Positions 9,507 to 19,033 of a stretch of DNA of 64,000 nucleotides are shown here, in pieces (within the stretch, counting starts at the first letter, position 1; every line of letters starts with the position of its first letter). The stretch spans positions 111,768 through 175,767 of the forward strand of contig JAYQPE010000003.1 of assembly GCA_038145175.1 (NCBI GenBank). Reading direction: 5' to 3'. This DNA is from Actinomycetes bacterium. Its GTDB lineage: Bacteria > Actinomycetota > Actinomycetes > S36-B12 > UBA5976. The notes under the pieces are model-generated. The model ran no database searches. It saw nothing but the letters and a program-made list of their open reading frames with translations, and had not been told where the DNA came from. Both the position numbers and the translations under genes were made by a program.

Positions 9507-9704
9507 TTACCTTTTCCGTCTTTGAAAATAAGATTCTATCTTAAATATGAAATTAAAAGTTTTCCATAACAAAACTGCTAAACCTGTTGAAATCAAAACC
9601 ACCACATTGGTGATCAAAAGATTTCCATCTTCCATGTAGGGAAGGCGTGTGAAAATAAATCCTGCTAAACCACCAATTATGGCTATTTTAGTTGTTAATT
9701 TCAT
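9507..9704 (-). CDS. small hypothetical membrane protein (2 TM)
   Basis: 65-aa ORF with two hydrophobic helices and a basic C-terminus. No recognisable family. Confidence 0.4.
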   Translation of the reverse strand: MKLTTKIAIIGGLAGFIFTRLPYMEDGNLLITNVVVLISTGLAVLLWKTFNFIFKIESYFQRRKR

Positions 9705-9762
9705 TTATTCATTCAAGCATATTGCTATTTACTTTTTTGATATCTAGTAATCTCTTTAACAT

Positions 9763-11322
9763 ATGGAGAAATTTGATTGCGTAGTTTTAGGCGGTGGTCA
9801 TAACGGCCTAACCTCTGCTGCGTATTTATCAAAAGCTGGATTAAATGTTTTAGTCCTTGAGGCCCTTGATGAAGTTGGAGGGGCTGCAGTTTCAGTCCAA
9901 GCTTTTAAAGGAATGGATGCAAATCTTTCTCGATACTCATATTTAGTTTCTTTAATGCCGCAACAAATAATTGATGAACTAGATTTAAAACTTGATTTAA
10001 TCTCTAGATCGATTGGCTCATATACGCCAACTGTTAAAAATGTAGGACTTCTTGTTGAAAGAAGCCCTGGAGAAAAAACCAAGGAATCGTTTATAAAACT
10101 CACTGGAAATACTAAAGATTATGAAGCTTGGGTTAATTTTTACGGGAAAGTTGAAAAAGTGGCAAAAGTGCTTGCCCCTACCCTTCTAAAACCTTTAAAA
10201 AGTAAAGAAGAAATAAAAAAACTAGTAATTGAAGTAACAGATTTTGAAACTTATGAAATGCTTTTTGAAAAACCAATTACCGAAACAATTGAACAACTAT
10301 TTGAAAATGATGTTGTTAGAGGTGTGGTTCTCACAGATGCACTAATTGGAACCTTTACAGATGGTCGAGATAAAGATTTACTTGGAAATATCTGTTTTCT
10401 TTATCACTTAATCGGAAACGGAACCGGAGAGTGGAAAGTTCCCCATGGCGGTATGGGGCAAGTTAGCAAAACTTTAAAAGAAAAAGCCTTAGAAAATGGT
10501 GCTCAAATTAGAACGAATTCTAAAGTTCAAAAAGTAACCTCAGATGGCAAAATTGCGACAATAAAATATCTTGATAAACAAAATGGTGAACAAATAATTG
10601 AGGCTTCATTTGTATTAAGTAATCTTTCCCCTCAAGGACTAGACAAATTACTTGGTAAAACATCTAAAGATCTATCTGAAGGCTGCCAAGTGAAAATAAA
10701 CATGCTGCTTACAAAGCTTCCTAAACTTAAGTCTGGAGATGACCCTAAAGATGTCTTTAGGGGAACATTTCATGCAAATGAGTCACTTACTCAACTTGAT
10801 AAATCTTTTAAAGAAGCTTCTAATGGACAATTACCAGAATTGCTACCTTCTGAAATTTATTGTCATACTTTGACTGATCCTTCAATATTAGGAAAAGAAT
10901 TACAAGAAAAGGGATATCAAACTATTACTCTTTTTGGATTAAATACTCCGGCAAAATTATTTGACAATAACAATGAAGATTTAAGACAAATAGTTAAACA
11001 AAAATATTTAGATGGTTTAAACATGTTTTTTGAAGAAAGAATAGAAGACTGCGTGGCACTAGATAGTGAAGGTAAACCATGTATTGAAGTTAAAACTCCT
11101 TTAGACATAGAAGAATCTGTTTCACTACCTAGAGGAAATATTTTTCATAGACCTTTGCAATGGCCATTTGCAGAAAGCGATTCAGAGATAAATTCATGGG
11201 GTGTTGAAACAAATATTGCAAACATTTTTATTTGCGGTGCTGGTGCAAAACGTGGCGGAGGGGTTAGTTCAATTCCAGGAAGAAATGCTGCCATGAAAGT
11301 TTTAGAACAACTTTCTAAATAA
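9763..11322 (+). CDS. NAD(P)/FAD-dependent oxidoreductase, phytoene-desaturase (CrtI)-like family
   Basis: N-terminal Rossmann motif [29 protein letters not shown]. 519 aa, with the C-terminal [13 protein letters not shown] motif. Confidence 0.75.
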   Translation: MEKFDCVVLGGGHNGLTSAAYLSKAGLNVLVLEALDEVGGAAVSVQAFKGMDANLSRYSYLVSLMPQQIIDELDLKLDLISRSIGSYTPTVKNVGLLVERSPGEKTKESFIKLTGNTKDYEAWVNFYGKVEKVAKVLAPTLLKPLKSKEEIKKLVIEVTDFETYEMLFEKPITETIEQLFENDVVRGVVLTDALIGTFTDGRDKDLLGNICFLYHLIGNGTGEWKVPHGGMGQVSKTLKEKALENGAQIRTNSKVQKVTSDGKIATIKYLDKQNGEQIIEASFVLSNLSPQGLDKLLGKTSKDLSEGCQVKINMLLTKLPKLKSGDDPKDVFRGTFHANESLTQLDKSFKEASNGQLPELLPSEIYCHTLTDPSILGKELQEKGYQTITLFGLNTPAKLFDNNNEDLRQIVKQKYLDGLNMFFEERIEDCVALDSEGKPCIEVKTPLDIEESVSLPRGNIFHRPLQWPFAESDSEINSWGVETNIANIFICGAGAKRGGGVSSIPGRNAAMKVLEQLSK

Positions 11323-11857
11323 CCCACATTTCCGAAGCATCATATTCAGATTTCTTAATAACTCTTTGATCTGCACCCACAATAACTGAATCAGGTTTGA
11401 CATCTTTGGTAACTACTGCATTAGCGCCAATAATTGCATTTTTGCCAATAGTTATATTTCCAAGTATTTTTGCTCCAGCTCCAACTAAAACTCCATCCTC
11501 TACAGTTGGATGCCTTTTCCCCTTAGACATAGTCCTTCCACCTAATGTAACTCCGTGATAAAACATCACGTCATCACCGATTTCAGCGGTTTCACCAATA
11601 ACTACACCCATGCCATGATCAATAAAAAATCTTCTGCCAATTTTAGCTGCTGGATGAATTTCAATTCCAGTTAAGAATCGATGATAATGAGACATCAAAC
11701 GAGCTATTAATCTTAATTTTTTATTCCATACCCAGTGAGTGACACGATGTAACCAAATCGCATGTAAACCAGGTGAAGTTAAAACAAACTCTAATTTAGA
11801 TTTTGGTGCCGGATCTCTTTTGATTGCTGCATCAATATCTTCTTTAAATTTAATCAT
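11315..11857 (-). CDS. cysE: serine O-acetyltransferase
   Basis: Left-handed beta-helix hexapeptide repeats ([29 protein letters not shown]). 1-nt (ATGA-type) overlap with cysK. Confidence 0.9.
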   Translation of the reverse strand: MIKFKEDIDAAIKRDPAPKSKLEFVLTSPGLHAIWLHRVTHWVWNKKLRLIARLMSHYHRFLTGIEIHPAAKIGRRFFIDHGMGVVIGETAEIGDDVMFYHGVTLGGRTMSKGKRHPTVEDGVLVGAGAKILGNITIGKNAIIGANAVVTKDVKPDSVIVGADQRVIKKSEYDASEMWVI

Positions 11858-12786
11858 TAATCCATCAAGTCTTGATATAGAGCAGTTGAAAGATATCTTT
11901 CACCAAATGAAGGAACGATTACGACAACAACTTTTCCTGCAAATTCATCACGTTTTGCAACTTGTGACGCTGCCCAAAGTGCCGCTCCAGAAGAAATTCC
12001 TGCAAGAATCCCTTCTTCAGCGCCTGCTCTTCTGGCATATTTTATTGCTTCTTCATTTGGAGCATCAAATACTTCGTCGTAAACACTTTTATCAAGAATC
12101 TCTGGAATAAAGTTTGGACCAATTCCTTGGAGAGGATGTCCTGCTGGATTTCCTCCGCTTAATAATGGGGATGCGGCAGGCTCTACTACAAACATTTTTA
12201 TATTTGGATTTTTTTGTTTTAAAACTTGACCAATACCTGTAATGGTTCCACCAGTTCCAGAACCGGCTACTACTGCAGCTACTTTTCCATCAGTGTCATT
12301 CCAAATTTCTAAAGCGGTAGTTTGACGATGGATTTCTGGATTTGCTGGATTTTGAAATTGTCTAACTAAAACAGCACCTTCTTTTTCCCCAATTTCTTCT
12401 GCTTTTGCTACAGCACCTTTCATTCCTTCTGCAGCAGGAGTTAATACAAGTTGAGCTCCATACGCTTTTAATAAAGTTCGTCTTTCTTTACTCATAGAAT
12501 CTGGCATTGTCAGAATTACTTTGTAACCACGTGCTGCTCCAACCATTGCTAGTGCAATTCCGGTGTTTCCTGAAGTCGCTTCAACAATTGAGCCACCTGG
12601 TTTTAATTTTCCTGATTTTTCTGCATCATCAATCATGGCAATTCCAATGCGATCTTTAACTGAAGCGGTTGGATTATAAAATTCTAATTTGGCATAGACA
12701 TCTGCCTTGGCTCCATCTGTAATCCTATTTAATTTAACTAACGGGGTATTTCCTACAACTTGAGTGATGTTGTCATACACCTTCAT
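11857..12786 (-). CDS. cysK: cysteine synthase A (O-acetylserine sulfhydrylase)
   Basis: PLP-Lys motif [11 protein letters not shown] and the [10 protein letters not shown] loop. 309 aa. Confidence 0.93.
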   Translation of the reverse strand: MKVYDNITQVVGNTPLVKLNRITDGAKADVYAKLEFYNPTASVKDRIGIAMIDDAEKSGKLKPGGSIVEATSGNTGIALAMVGAARGYKVILTMPDSMSKERRTLLKAYGAQLVLTPAAEGMKGAVAKAEEIGEKEGAVLVRQFQNPANPEIHRQTTALEIWNDTDGKVAAVVAGSGTGGTITGIGQVLKQKNPNIKMFVVEPAASPLLSGGNPAGHPLQGIGPNFIPEILDKSVYDEVFDAPNEEAIKYARRAGAEEGILAGISSGAALWAASQVAKRDEFAGKVVVVIVPSFGERYLSTALYQDLMD

Positions 12787-12931
12787 TTTGACTCCTAAAT
12801 TTTTGGCTACAGATGTTTACTTTTAAATATTTTATGGGTGAATCTAGCCACCCGCGACTTGGCTTATTTAATTGCAAAATCTTTGCAATAACACAAATGT
12901 GTTAAAAAATTAGGTTGATAATGCGTATTAA

Positions 12932-13402
12932 ATGAAGTTACGACAGAATAAGAGAATGGAACAAAATCATTTACTGCTCATAGTCAGTGTTCTATTCATC
13001 TCTACCCTCTTAGGTTTATATTTCAACTTTTCAAGGGGAAAACTTGTAGAGAAATACTCCAACAAATCTCAATTTGAGAAATTAGATTTACCTATTCAGC
13101 TTTCATCGGAAGCAACTATATTGTTGTTTTCAACTCAATACTGCTCAATATGTCCTGGGGTTAAAAAACAAATTGAGAAATATATCAATAATTCAAAAGA
13201 TATTTCATTACATCAAATAGATGCTGTTGATAAAATTGATGTAGCTAGATTTCTTCATGTAAAAAGTTCTCCTACCACTATTTTTTTTGATGCTTTAGGC
13301 AATGAATTTGGAAGAATTATTGGAGCTCCTAAAGAAAATGAATTAAAACAAACCTTAGCTAAAATAAACAAATTACGAAAGGAAACAACAAATGCAAATT
13401 GA
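12932..13402 (+). CDS. membrane-anchored thioredoxin-fold protein (CSIC active site)
   Basis: Basic N-terminus plus one TM (LLLIVSVLFISTLLGLYF), then a Trx fold with a CxxC (YCSICP) and a cis-Pro region (SSPTTIFF). Confidence 0.7.
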   Translation: MKLRQNKRMEQNHLLLIVSVLFISTLLGLYFNFSRGKLVEKYSNKSQFEKLDLPIQLSSEATILLFSTQYCSICPGVKKQIEKYINNSKDISLHQIDAVDKIDVARFLHVKSSPTTIFFDALGNEFGRIIGAPKENELKQTLAKINKLRKETTNAN

Positions 13403-13805
13403 TTCTAGAGGTCCAAGATTTGGTGCAACTATAACTTTATTGGTTTTAATTGCTGTGCTTTATTTTGAAAGTATTTCTTTGCTTGTTTTTCAAACTATTA
13501 TTTGGGCCATAGGAGCTATTTTTGGTCCGCACAAATCTCCTTATGGTTGGATCTTTAAAACTTTAGTCAAACCTAGATTAAAAAAAGTTGGCGAACTTGA
13601 AAATGTTAAGCCACCACAATTTGCTCAGTTAGTTGGATTTCTTTTTGGAATAGTTGGAATCATCGGATTTTTAATTGGATCTATGCCAGTATTTCTAATT
13701 GCAACTGCATTTGCCTTAGCGGCAGCATTTTTAAATTCCGTATTTAATTTCTGCTTAGGTTGCGAAATGTATCTTCTATTAGTTAAGGCTAGACTAATTA
13801 GATGA
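13392..13805 (+). CDS. DUF4395-like 4-TM protein with C-terminal CxxC
   Basis: RGPRFGA N-terminus, PPQFAQLVGF, AAAFLNSVFNFCLGCEMY. 11-nt overlap with the upstream Trx gene. Confidence 0.65.
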   Translation: MQIDSRGPRFGATITLLVLIAVLYFESISLLVFQTIIWAIGAIFGPHKSPYGWIFKTLVKPRLKKVGELENVKPPQFAQLVGFLFGIVGIIGFLIGSMPVFLIATAFALAAAFLNSVFNFCLGCEMYLLLVKARLIR

Positions 13806-14248
13806 GTCAAATAGCAAAAGATTACTTAAACCTAGGAAACGATTTTGTTTCTTTTGTTAAATCCAAAAGTAATGCCGAACTAAGTAAACCTGGCCCTGAA
13901 AACGAATGGTCTGCATCTTTTGCAATTCATCACCTTGCTGATTTTGAAATTCATTTTGCAGCTAGATTTTTGAGAATAATCACAGAGGAAAATCCTGAAA
14001 TTCAATCCTATGATGAATCTTTGTATGTTAATAAATTAAATTACCAAAACCGAGACGTTAGAAAATCAATTCAAACAATTGAAACTGTTAGAAATCAACT
14101 CGGTGAAATATTGAATAATTTAGGTGAACAAGATTTCAATAGACCTGCAAAACATACTGAAAAAGGTCAAATTACCTTGGCTGATCTAGTTGGTTATTGC
14201 AACAACCACATAAAAAATCACCTAGATCAAGTTAAAAATTCTCTTTAA
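13802..14248 (+). CDS. DinB-family (four-helix bundle, metal-dependent) protein
   Basis: 148 aa with spaced His residues (HHLADFEIH ... NNHIKNH) typical of DinB_2. ATGA overlap with the DUF4395-like gene. Confidence 0.55.
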   Translation: MSQIAKDYLNLGNDFVSFVKSKSNAELSKPGPENEWSASFAIHHLADFEIHFAARFLRIITEENPEIQSYDESLYVNKLNYQNRDVRKSIQTIETVRNQLGEILNNLGEQDFNRPAKHTEKGQITLADLVGYCNNHIKNHLDQVKNSL

Positions 14249-15876
14249 TTAAAAAGTTTTACCGCTAATTCTTTCGCTTCAAAAGCATTTTTAGTTTTAA
14301 GAATCTCTTTAGCAATATTTTGGCATTTTCCTAAATCTTGATTTGCAATAAAACTTTTAACTTCAGTAATTGAATTTGAAGCCATCGATAAAGAATTAAC
14401 ACCTAATCCAATTAGCACTGCTGCAAGAAGTGGATCTGCTGCTGCTTCACCACAAACACCCAGTGGTTTGCCTTGGGCATTTTTTCCAACAATTTCAATA
14501 GTTCTTAAAACAGCAGGATGCCAAGAGTTTGTTAAATCACTTAATCTTGAGTCAAGACGATCAGCAGCCATAACGTATTGCGTTAGGTCATTTGTGCCAA
14601 AACTTGCAAAATCAACAATTTCAAATATTTGATCAGAAACCATGGCAGCAGATGGGGTTTCAATCATTACCCCAATTTTTTTTATTCCATTTTCTTTTGC
14701 CAAATTAGAAAACTCGAGTGCTTCATCGGCAGTATCAATCATCGGAGCCATTACCCAAACATCACATTTGCCTGATTCTTGAGCAATAGAAATCGCTTTA
14801 ATTTGATCTTTGATAACACTATGAAATTCTCTTATTAATCTCCACCCTCTTACTCCTAGTGCAGGATTTTCTTCTTTAACACTGTTTAAAAAAGGCACCG
14901 GTTTATCGCTGCCAGCATCAAGTGTTCTAATTATGACTTTTTTTCCTTGAAAAATTTCAAAAATTTCAGAATATACTTTGACTTGCTCGCTTATTGAAGG
15001 TGCTGTTATTTGATTTAAGTACAGTAACTCAGTTCTAAATAAACCAATACCTTCTGCTTCATTAATTATTGCTTTTTTTGCATCAACAATGTTTCCACAA
15101 TTTGCAAGTAGTTGAATTATGGTGTTGTCTTGTAATTTACCTGGACCAGAAATTCGTTTATAGCGATTTATTAATTCAGACTCTCTCGCTTTTTCACTTT
15201 CTACAAAATCGAAATCAGGTTCTTTAACTAAAAAACCTTCTCGCCCATTTATTAAAACAAGATCATCTTCTTTTAAATTTCTAGCGTCACTGCAACCAAC
15301 GATTGCCGGTATTCCTAAATTCCTTGCCACAATCGCAGTATGACTCGTTGGTCCACCGTTTTCAATCACTAATCCTTTTACGTAAGAAAGATTCATTGTA
15401 GATGTATCGGAAGGGGTAAGATCAGCTGCTACTACAATGCAATCTTCATTTAATTCGAATTCAGGAAATTCTTCTCCCATAATATTTAACTTAAGTAGAT
15501 TATTGATACCGTTTATATCCTCTACTCTTTCCGCAAAATAACCTCCAATATTTTCTAGTTTTTTCTTAAATTGGTCAAAAACTACTTCAATTAATTCATT
15601 TAATGTATTTTTACTTTTATAATTTTCCCAATTATTGATAAACTCTGATTTTAAATCGGGATCATTTGCCATCATAGATTGTGCTTCTAGAATTCCTTGC
15701 ATAACTTCATCACTTACAAGTCGCGATTGCGATTCAAGATAAATTGATACATTATCTAATGAATCAAGAATAGATTCTAGATTTCCTGTGATATTTAATA
15801 ATTGATGTTGTATCTCTAGTTTCTTTATTTTTGCATATGCTACACCTGGAGAAACTCCAGTCCCAATTAATTTCAT
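14245..15876 (-). CDS. ptsI: phosphoenolpyruvate-protein phosphotransferase (PTS enzyme I)
   Basis: Active-site GGPTSHTAIVARNLGIPA and a C-terminal PEP-utilising TIM-barrel motif (SFGTNDLTQY). Confidence 0.93.
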   Translation of the reverse strand: MKLIGTGVSPGVAYAKIKKLEIQHQLLNITGNLESILDSLDNVSIYLESQSRLVSDEVMQGILEAQSMMANDPDLKSEFINNWENYKSKNTLNELIEVVFDQFKKKLENIGGYFAERVEDINGINNLLKLNIMGEEFPEFELNEDCIVVAADLTPSDTSTMNLSYVKGLVIENGGPTSHTAIVARNLGIPAIVGCSDARNLKEDDLVLINGREGFLVKEPDFDFVESEKARESELINRYKRISGPGKLQDNTIIQLLANCGNIVDAKKAIINEAEGIGLFRTELLYLNQITAPSISEQVKVYSEIFEIFQGKKVIIRTLDAGSDKPVPFLNSVKEENPALGVRGWRLIREFHSVIKDQIKAISIAQESGKCDVWVMAPMIDTADEALEFSNLAKENGIKKIGVMIETPSAAMVSDQIFEIVDFASFGTNDLTQYVMAADRLDSRLSDLTNSWHPAVLRTIEIVGKNAQGKPLGVCGEAAADPLLAAVLIGLGVNSLSMASNSITEVKSFIANQDLGKCQNIAKEILKTKNAFEAKELAVKLFN

Positions 15877-16149
15877 TTAATGATCGTAATTTGTAGAAAT
15901 AATTGAACTTAAATTTGAAATTAATTCATTTGCCTGATCTGAATCCTCATTAATTACGATCTCAACTTCTTCCCCAAATTTAATTCCAAGACCCAATACG
16001 GATAACAAACTGGCAGCATTTGTGTTCGCATTTCCAGGTCTGCCAATTTTTACTTCGACTCCACTTTTTGCTACTGCTTTGACAAATAAAGATGCTGGAC
16101 GAGCATGCAATCCAACGGCACTGGCAACTTTAACAATTTGACTAGGCAT
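15877..16149 (-). CDS. ptsH: phosphocarrier protein HPr
   Basis: 90 aa with the His15 motif GLHARPASLFV. Confidence 0.9.
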   Translation of the reverse strand: MPSQIVKVASAVGLHARPASLFVKAVAKSGVEVKIGRPGNANTNAASLLSVLGLGIKFGEEVEIVINEDSDQANELISNLSSIISTNYDH

Positions 16150-16167
16150 AAATCCTCTTAATAATTA

Positions 16168-16201
16168 GTGGGGTGAAAGTTATTGTAAACTTTCACCCCA
16201 C
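16168..16201 (-). other. perfect 14-bp intercistronic stem-loop between fruA(IIC) and ptsH
   Basis: GTGGGGTGAAAGTT (16168-16181) pairs with AACTTTCACCCCAC (16188-16201) around a 6-nt loop. Only a weak U-tract follows on the minus strand. Confidence 0.55.
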
Positions 16202-16209
16202 AATTTGTT

Positions 16210-17268
16210 TTACTTGGAACCAATACCTTTAGCTACAAATACTGCGCCTGTAGTTACTAAAGTTCCAATTACTATTGCAATTAAATAAGTGAATGCTCCA
16301 CCGATTAAAGGAAGTACCCAAATACCACCGTGAGGTGCTTGCAAAGTGTTTCCAAAAGCCATGACAAGTCCACCTGTAACACCTGAACCGATCATGATTG
16401 ATGGAATGACTCTCAATGGATCTGCTGCTGCGAATGGAATTGCGCCTTCAGTGATGAAGGAAGCTCCCAGTACCCATGCTGCTTTACCATTTTCTCTTTC
16501 AGCATCAGTGAATGATTTCTTTCTCAGAACTGTTGCCAAAGCAAGACCAAGTGGTGGCGTCATACCTGCTGCCATCACTGCTGCCATTACTACCCACTCT
16601 TTAGCTGAAGTTGCACCAGCTGCAACGTTTGCTAATCCACCAGCTGCAAATGTGTAGGCAACTTTGTTTACCGGTCCACCCATATCAAATGCCATCATCA
16701 AGCCAAGAACTACTCCAAGAACAACTGCGCTTCCTGTACCAATTCCTGCTAACCAAGATGACAATCCACTATTCAATGCTGCAACGGGTTTTCCAACTAC
16801 GTACAGCATTACAAAACCAACAACAATTGTTGTTAGAAGTGGGTTAACCACAATCGGCATGATGCTTCTTAATGCAGAAGGCACCTTCCAATTTGCGATA
16901 TAGCGTGCTACAAGACCTGCAAGAAGACCACCAAGTAATCCTCCAAGGAATCCAGCACCAATTGCTCCTGCAATTGATCCCGCAACAAATCCCGGAGCAA
17001 TACCTGGACGATCAGCGATTGCGAAGGCAATGTAACCGGCCAAAACTGGAACTAAAAATCCAAATGCAGTTGCACCTAAACGAAAGATGATTGCAGGAAT
17101 GTTATTTGCTGCTAGAGCTTCCGTTAAAGATGGTTTTACTACTTCGATTGGATCGGTCAACATAAATCCGATTGCAATCAAAATACCGCCTGCGGCCACA
17201 AAAGGAATCATGTAACTGACACCTGTTAATAGCCATTGACGTACTTCATTTGCTTTTGCCACGTGCAT
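16210..17268 (-). CDS. fruA: PTS fructose-family transporter subunit IIC
   Basis: 352-aa polytopic protein with glycine-rich IIC motifs (GGPVNKVAYTFA, ITEGAIPFAA). Confidence 0.9.
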   Translation of the reverse strand: MHVAKANEVRQWLLTGVSYMIPFVAAGGILIAIGFMLTDPIEVVKPSLTEALAANNIPAIIFRLGATAFGFLVPVLAGYIAFAIADRPGIAPGFVAGSIAGAIGAGFLGGLLGGLLAGLVARYIANWKVPSALRSIMPIVVNPLLTTIVVGFVMLYVVGKPVAALNSGLSSWLAGIGTGSAVVLGVVLGLMMAFDMGGPVNKVAYTFAAGGLANVAAGATSAKEWVVMAAVMAAGMTPPLGLALATVLRKKSFTDAERENGKAAWVLGASFITEGAIPFAAADPLRVIPSIMIGSGVTGGLVMAFGNTLQAPHGGIWVLPLIGGAFTYLIAIVIGTLVTTGAVFVAKGIGSK

Positions 17269-17335
17269 CCTCCCTACTCATTCGATAAACCTATTTGATT
17301 TACCGAATTCTTTTCCGAAAATTATTTTCGGAAAC

Positions 17336-17647
17336 CTATTTTTTTGCTACTAATTTCTCGGCTTCCGCAATCAAAGCAGCAGCATCTTTGATTGCCTGTT
17401 TTGGAATACTTTGTACAATTAGTTTTCCATCAAATCTTTCTTTATCTCGTATTCCAATATCATTTGCAAAAATCACAACGTCAGCACTTTCAATCTGCTC
17501 TTTTGTAACAGGTTTCAATCCCCCGGCTCCTTGCGTTTCTACGTGTATTTCATGACCAGCCGCTTTGCTAGCTCTTTCTAAAGCTTCAGCTGCCATAAAT
17601 GTGTGAGCTATTCCTGTGGCACAGGATGTAACCGCAACTATTTTCAT
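17336..17647 (-). CDS. PTS fructose-family subunit IIB
   Basis: MKIVAVTSCATGIAHTFMAAEAL, carrying the phospho-Cys motif. 103 aa. Confidence 0.87.
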   Translation of the reverse strand: MKIVAVTSCATGIAHTFMAAEALERASKAAGHEIHVETQGAGGLKPVTKEQIESADVVIFANDIGIRDKERFDGKLIVQSIPKQAIKDAAALIAEAEKLVAKK

Positions 17648-18099
17648 GCATGCTCCTTTTCTTTGTTGAGTAAATCTAAAATCTCATTTTTATTATTTGA
17701 ATTTCTTAAAACTTGTGTAAATTCTTGATCCATCAATTTTCGAGCAAGATTAGCCAGGATTTCTAAATGTTGATCTCCACTATTTTCTGGCACAACTATC
17801 ATCAGTAACACACTTGCAGGAATTTCTTCAGGATCAAAAATTATTGGGCTGCTTGTTCTAGCGATTACAACAGTAGGAGTATCTATGCCACTTGATCTCG
17901 CGTGCGGAATTGCTATTCCATCGACTTGAGGCGTACCTATTTCATCGCGCTTTAAAACATCCTCAACAATTTTTTCTTTATTTCGACCACGTTTACTCGT
18001 AACTATTAAATCTGTCAATTTTTGTATTGCGTCAAATTTATCTTTTGCAATCAAATTCAAATCAATTAAGTTTGCATCAAAAATATTATTAGTTGACAT
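17644..18099 (-). CDS. PTS fructose/mannitol-family subunit IIA
   Basis: Active-site GIAIPHARS. The start is taken at the ATG at 18099 (MSTNNIF), which has a GAGAG upstream. ATGA overlap with IIB. Confidence 0.85.
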   Translation of the reverse strand: MSTNNIFDANLIDLNLIAKDKFDAIQKLTDLIVTSKRGRNKEKIVEDVLKRDEIGTPQVDGIAIPHARSSGIDTPTVVIARTSSPIIFDPEEIPASVLLMIVVPENSGDQHLEILANLARKLMDQEFTQVLRNSNNKNEILDLLNKEKEHA

Positions 18100-19033
18100 T
18101 TTCCAACTCTCTTTGAAAATCAATTTCTTCATTTAACAAAACTTCGATTTTGTTGGCTTGTTCAAATGTAGGGATTGCTGTACCTGGTAACGAAACCGAT
18201 GCTGCCGACCATTTAACGGCTTCTTTCAATGCTTCAGCATTTTGCCCTGCTGCAAGAAATATTGCTAACAAAATATCGCCCGCTCCAACCGGAATGCCAT
18301 GTACTTGATGAGTAGGTTCTGCAAAAATCACATTATTTTCATCTACAAATAATGCTCCATCAGAACCAAGAGAACATAAGACTTTTCTAACACCATCATT
18401 AACAATGCTTTTACAAGCATCAACTGCTTGTCGAATGTTATTTATCTGGTAACCAACCAGTGATGATAATTCTTGTTGATTTGGTTTAATTAAATCAGGT
18501 TTCACTTCTCTTAGAACTTTATATAAAACGTCGCCACTTGCATCTACAGCTACATTTGCACTTTTTGACTTTGCAAAATTGATAAGTTCAGGATAAACAT
18601 TATCAGAAGTTTCTGGACTTGGTTGACCTGCTAAAACTACCCAATTTTTTTTAAGCCAGAATTTGGCAATTGATTTTTTAATTTCAATTAATGTGTTTGA
18701 ATCTATTGGACTACCTGGTTCATTTATTTTTGTCACATCACCATTTGCTTCAACTAGGGTAAGATTTGTTCTAATTGAATTTGATGTAGTTAGAATCTTA
18801 TGTTTGATTTTTTGATCATCAAGAGCTGTACTTAACCATTTACTTGATAAGCCTCCACCAACAAGAATGGCAAAAGTTTTTGCTCCATACGAGTTAAGCG
18901 CTCTTGAAACATTTACTCCTTTTCCTCCTGGATCTACTTGAACAGAATTAACTCGATTAATAACACCTTTTTCAAGATGAGATAAATACAAAGTTCTATC
19001 AATACTTGGATTTAGAGTTACAGTGATTATCAT
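18089..19033 (-). CDS. fruK: 1-phosphofructokinase (PfkB family)
   Basis: NPSIDRT N-terminus, GGKGVNV, and the C-terminal VGAGD motif. It lies between a DeoR regulator and the fructose PTS genes. Confidence 0.88.
   Translation of the reverse strand: MIITVTLNPSIDRTLYLSHLEKGVINRVNSVQVDPGGKGVNVSRALNSYGAKTFAILVGGGLSSKWLSTALDDQKIKHKILTTSNSIRTNLTLVEANGDVTKINEPGSPIDSNTLIEIKKSIAKFWLKKNWVVLAGQPSPETSDNVYPELINFAKSKSANVAVDASGDVLYKVLREVKPDLIKPNQQELSSLVGYQINNIRQAVDACKSIVNDGVRKVLCSLGSDGALFVDENNVIFAEPTHQVHGIPVGAGDILLAIFLAAGQNAEALKEAVKWSAASVSLPGTAIPTFEQANKIEVLLNEEIDFQRELENVN

Noticed and set aside
16346-17090. Four overlapping + strand ORFs (72-103 aa)
   Set aside because: All are antisense to the PTS IIC gene. 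Their compositions (Pro/Ala/Thr or Gln/Leu-rich) mirror the Gly/Ala-rich codons of IIC, so they are shadow ORFs.
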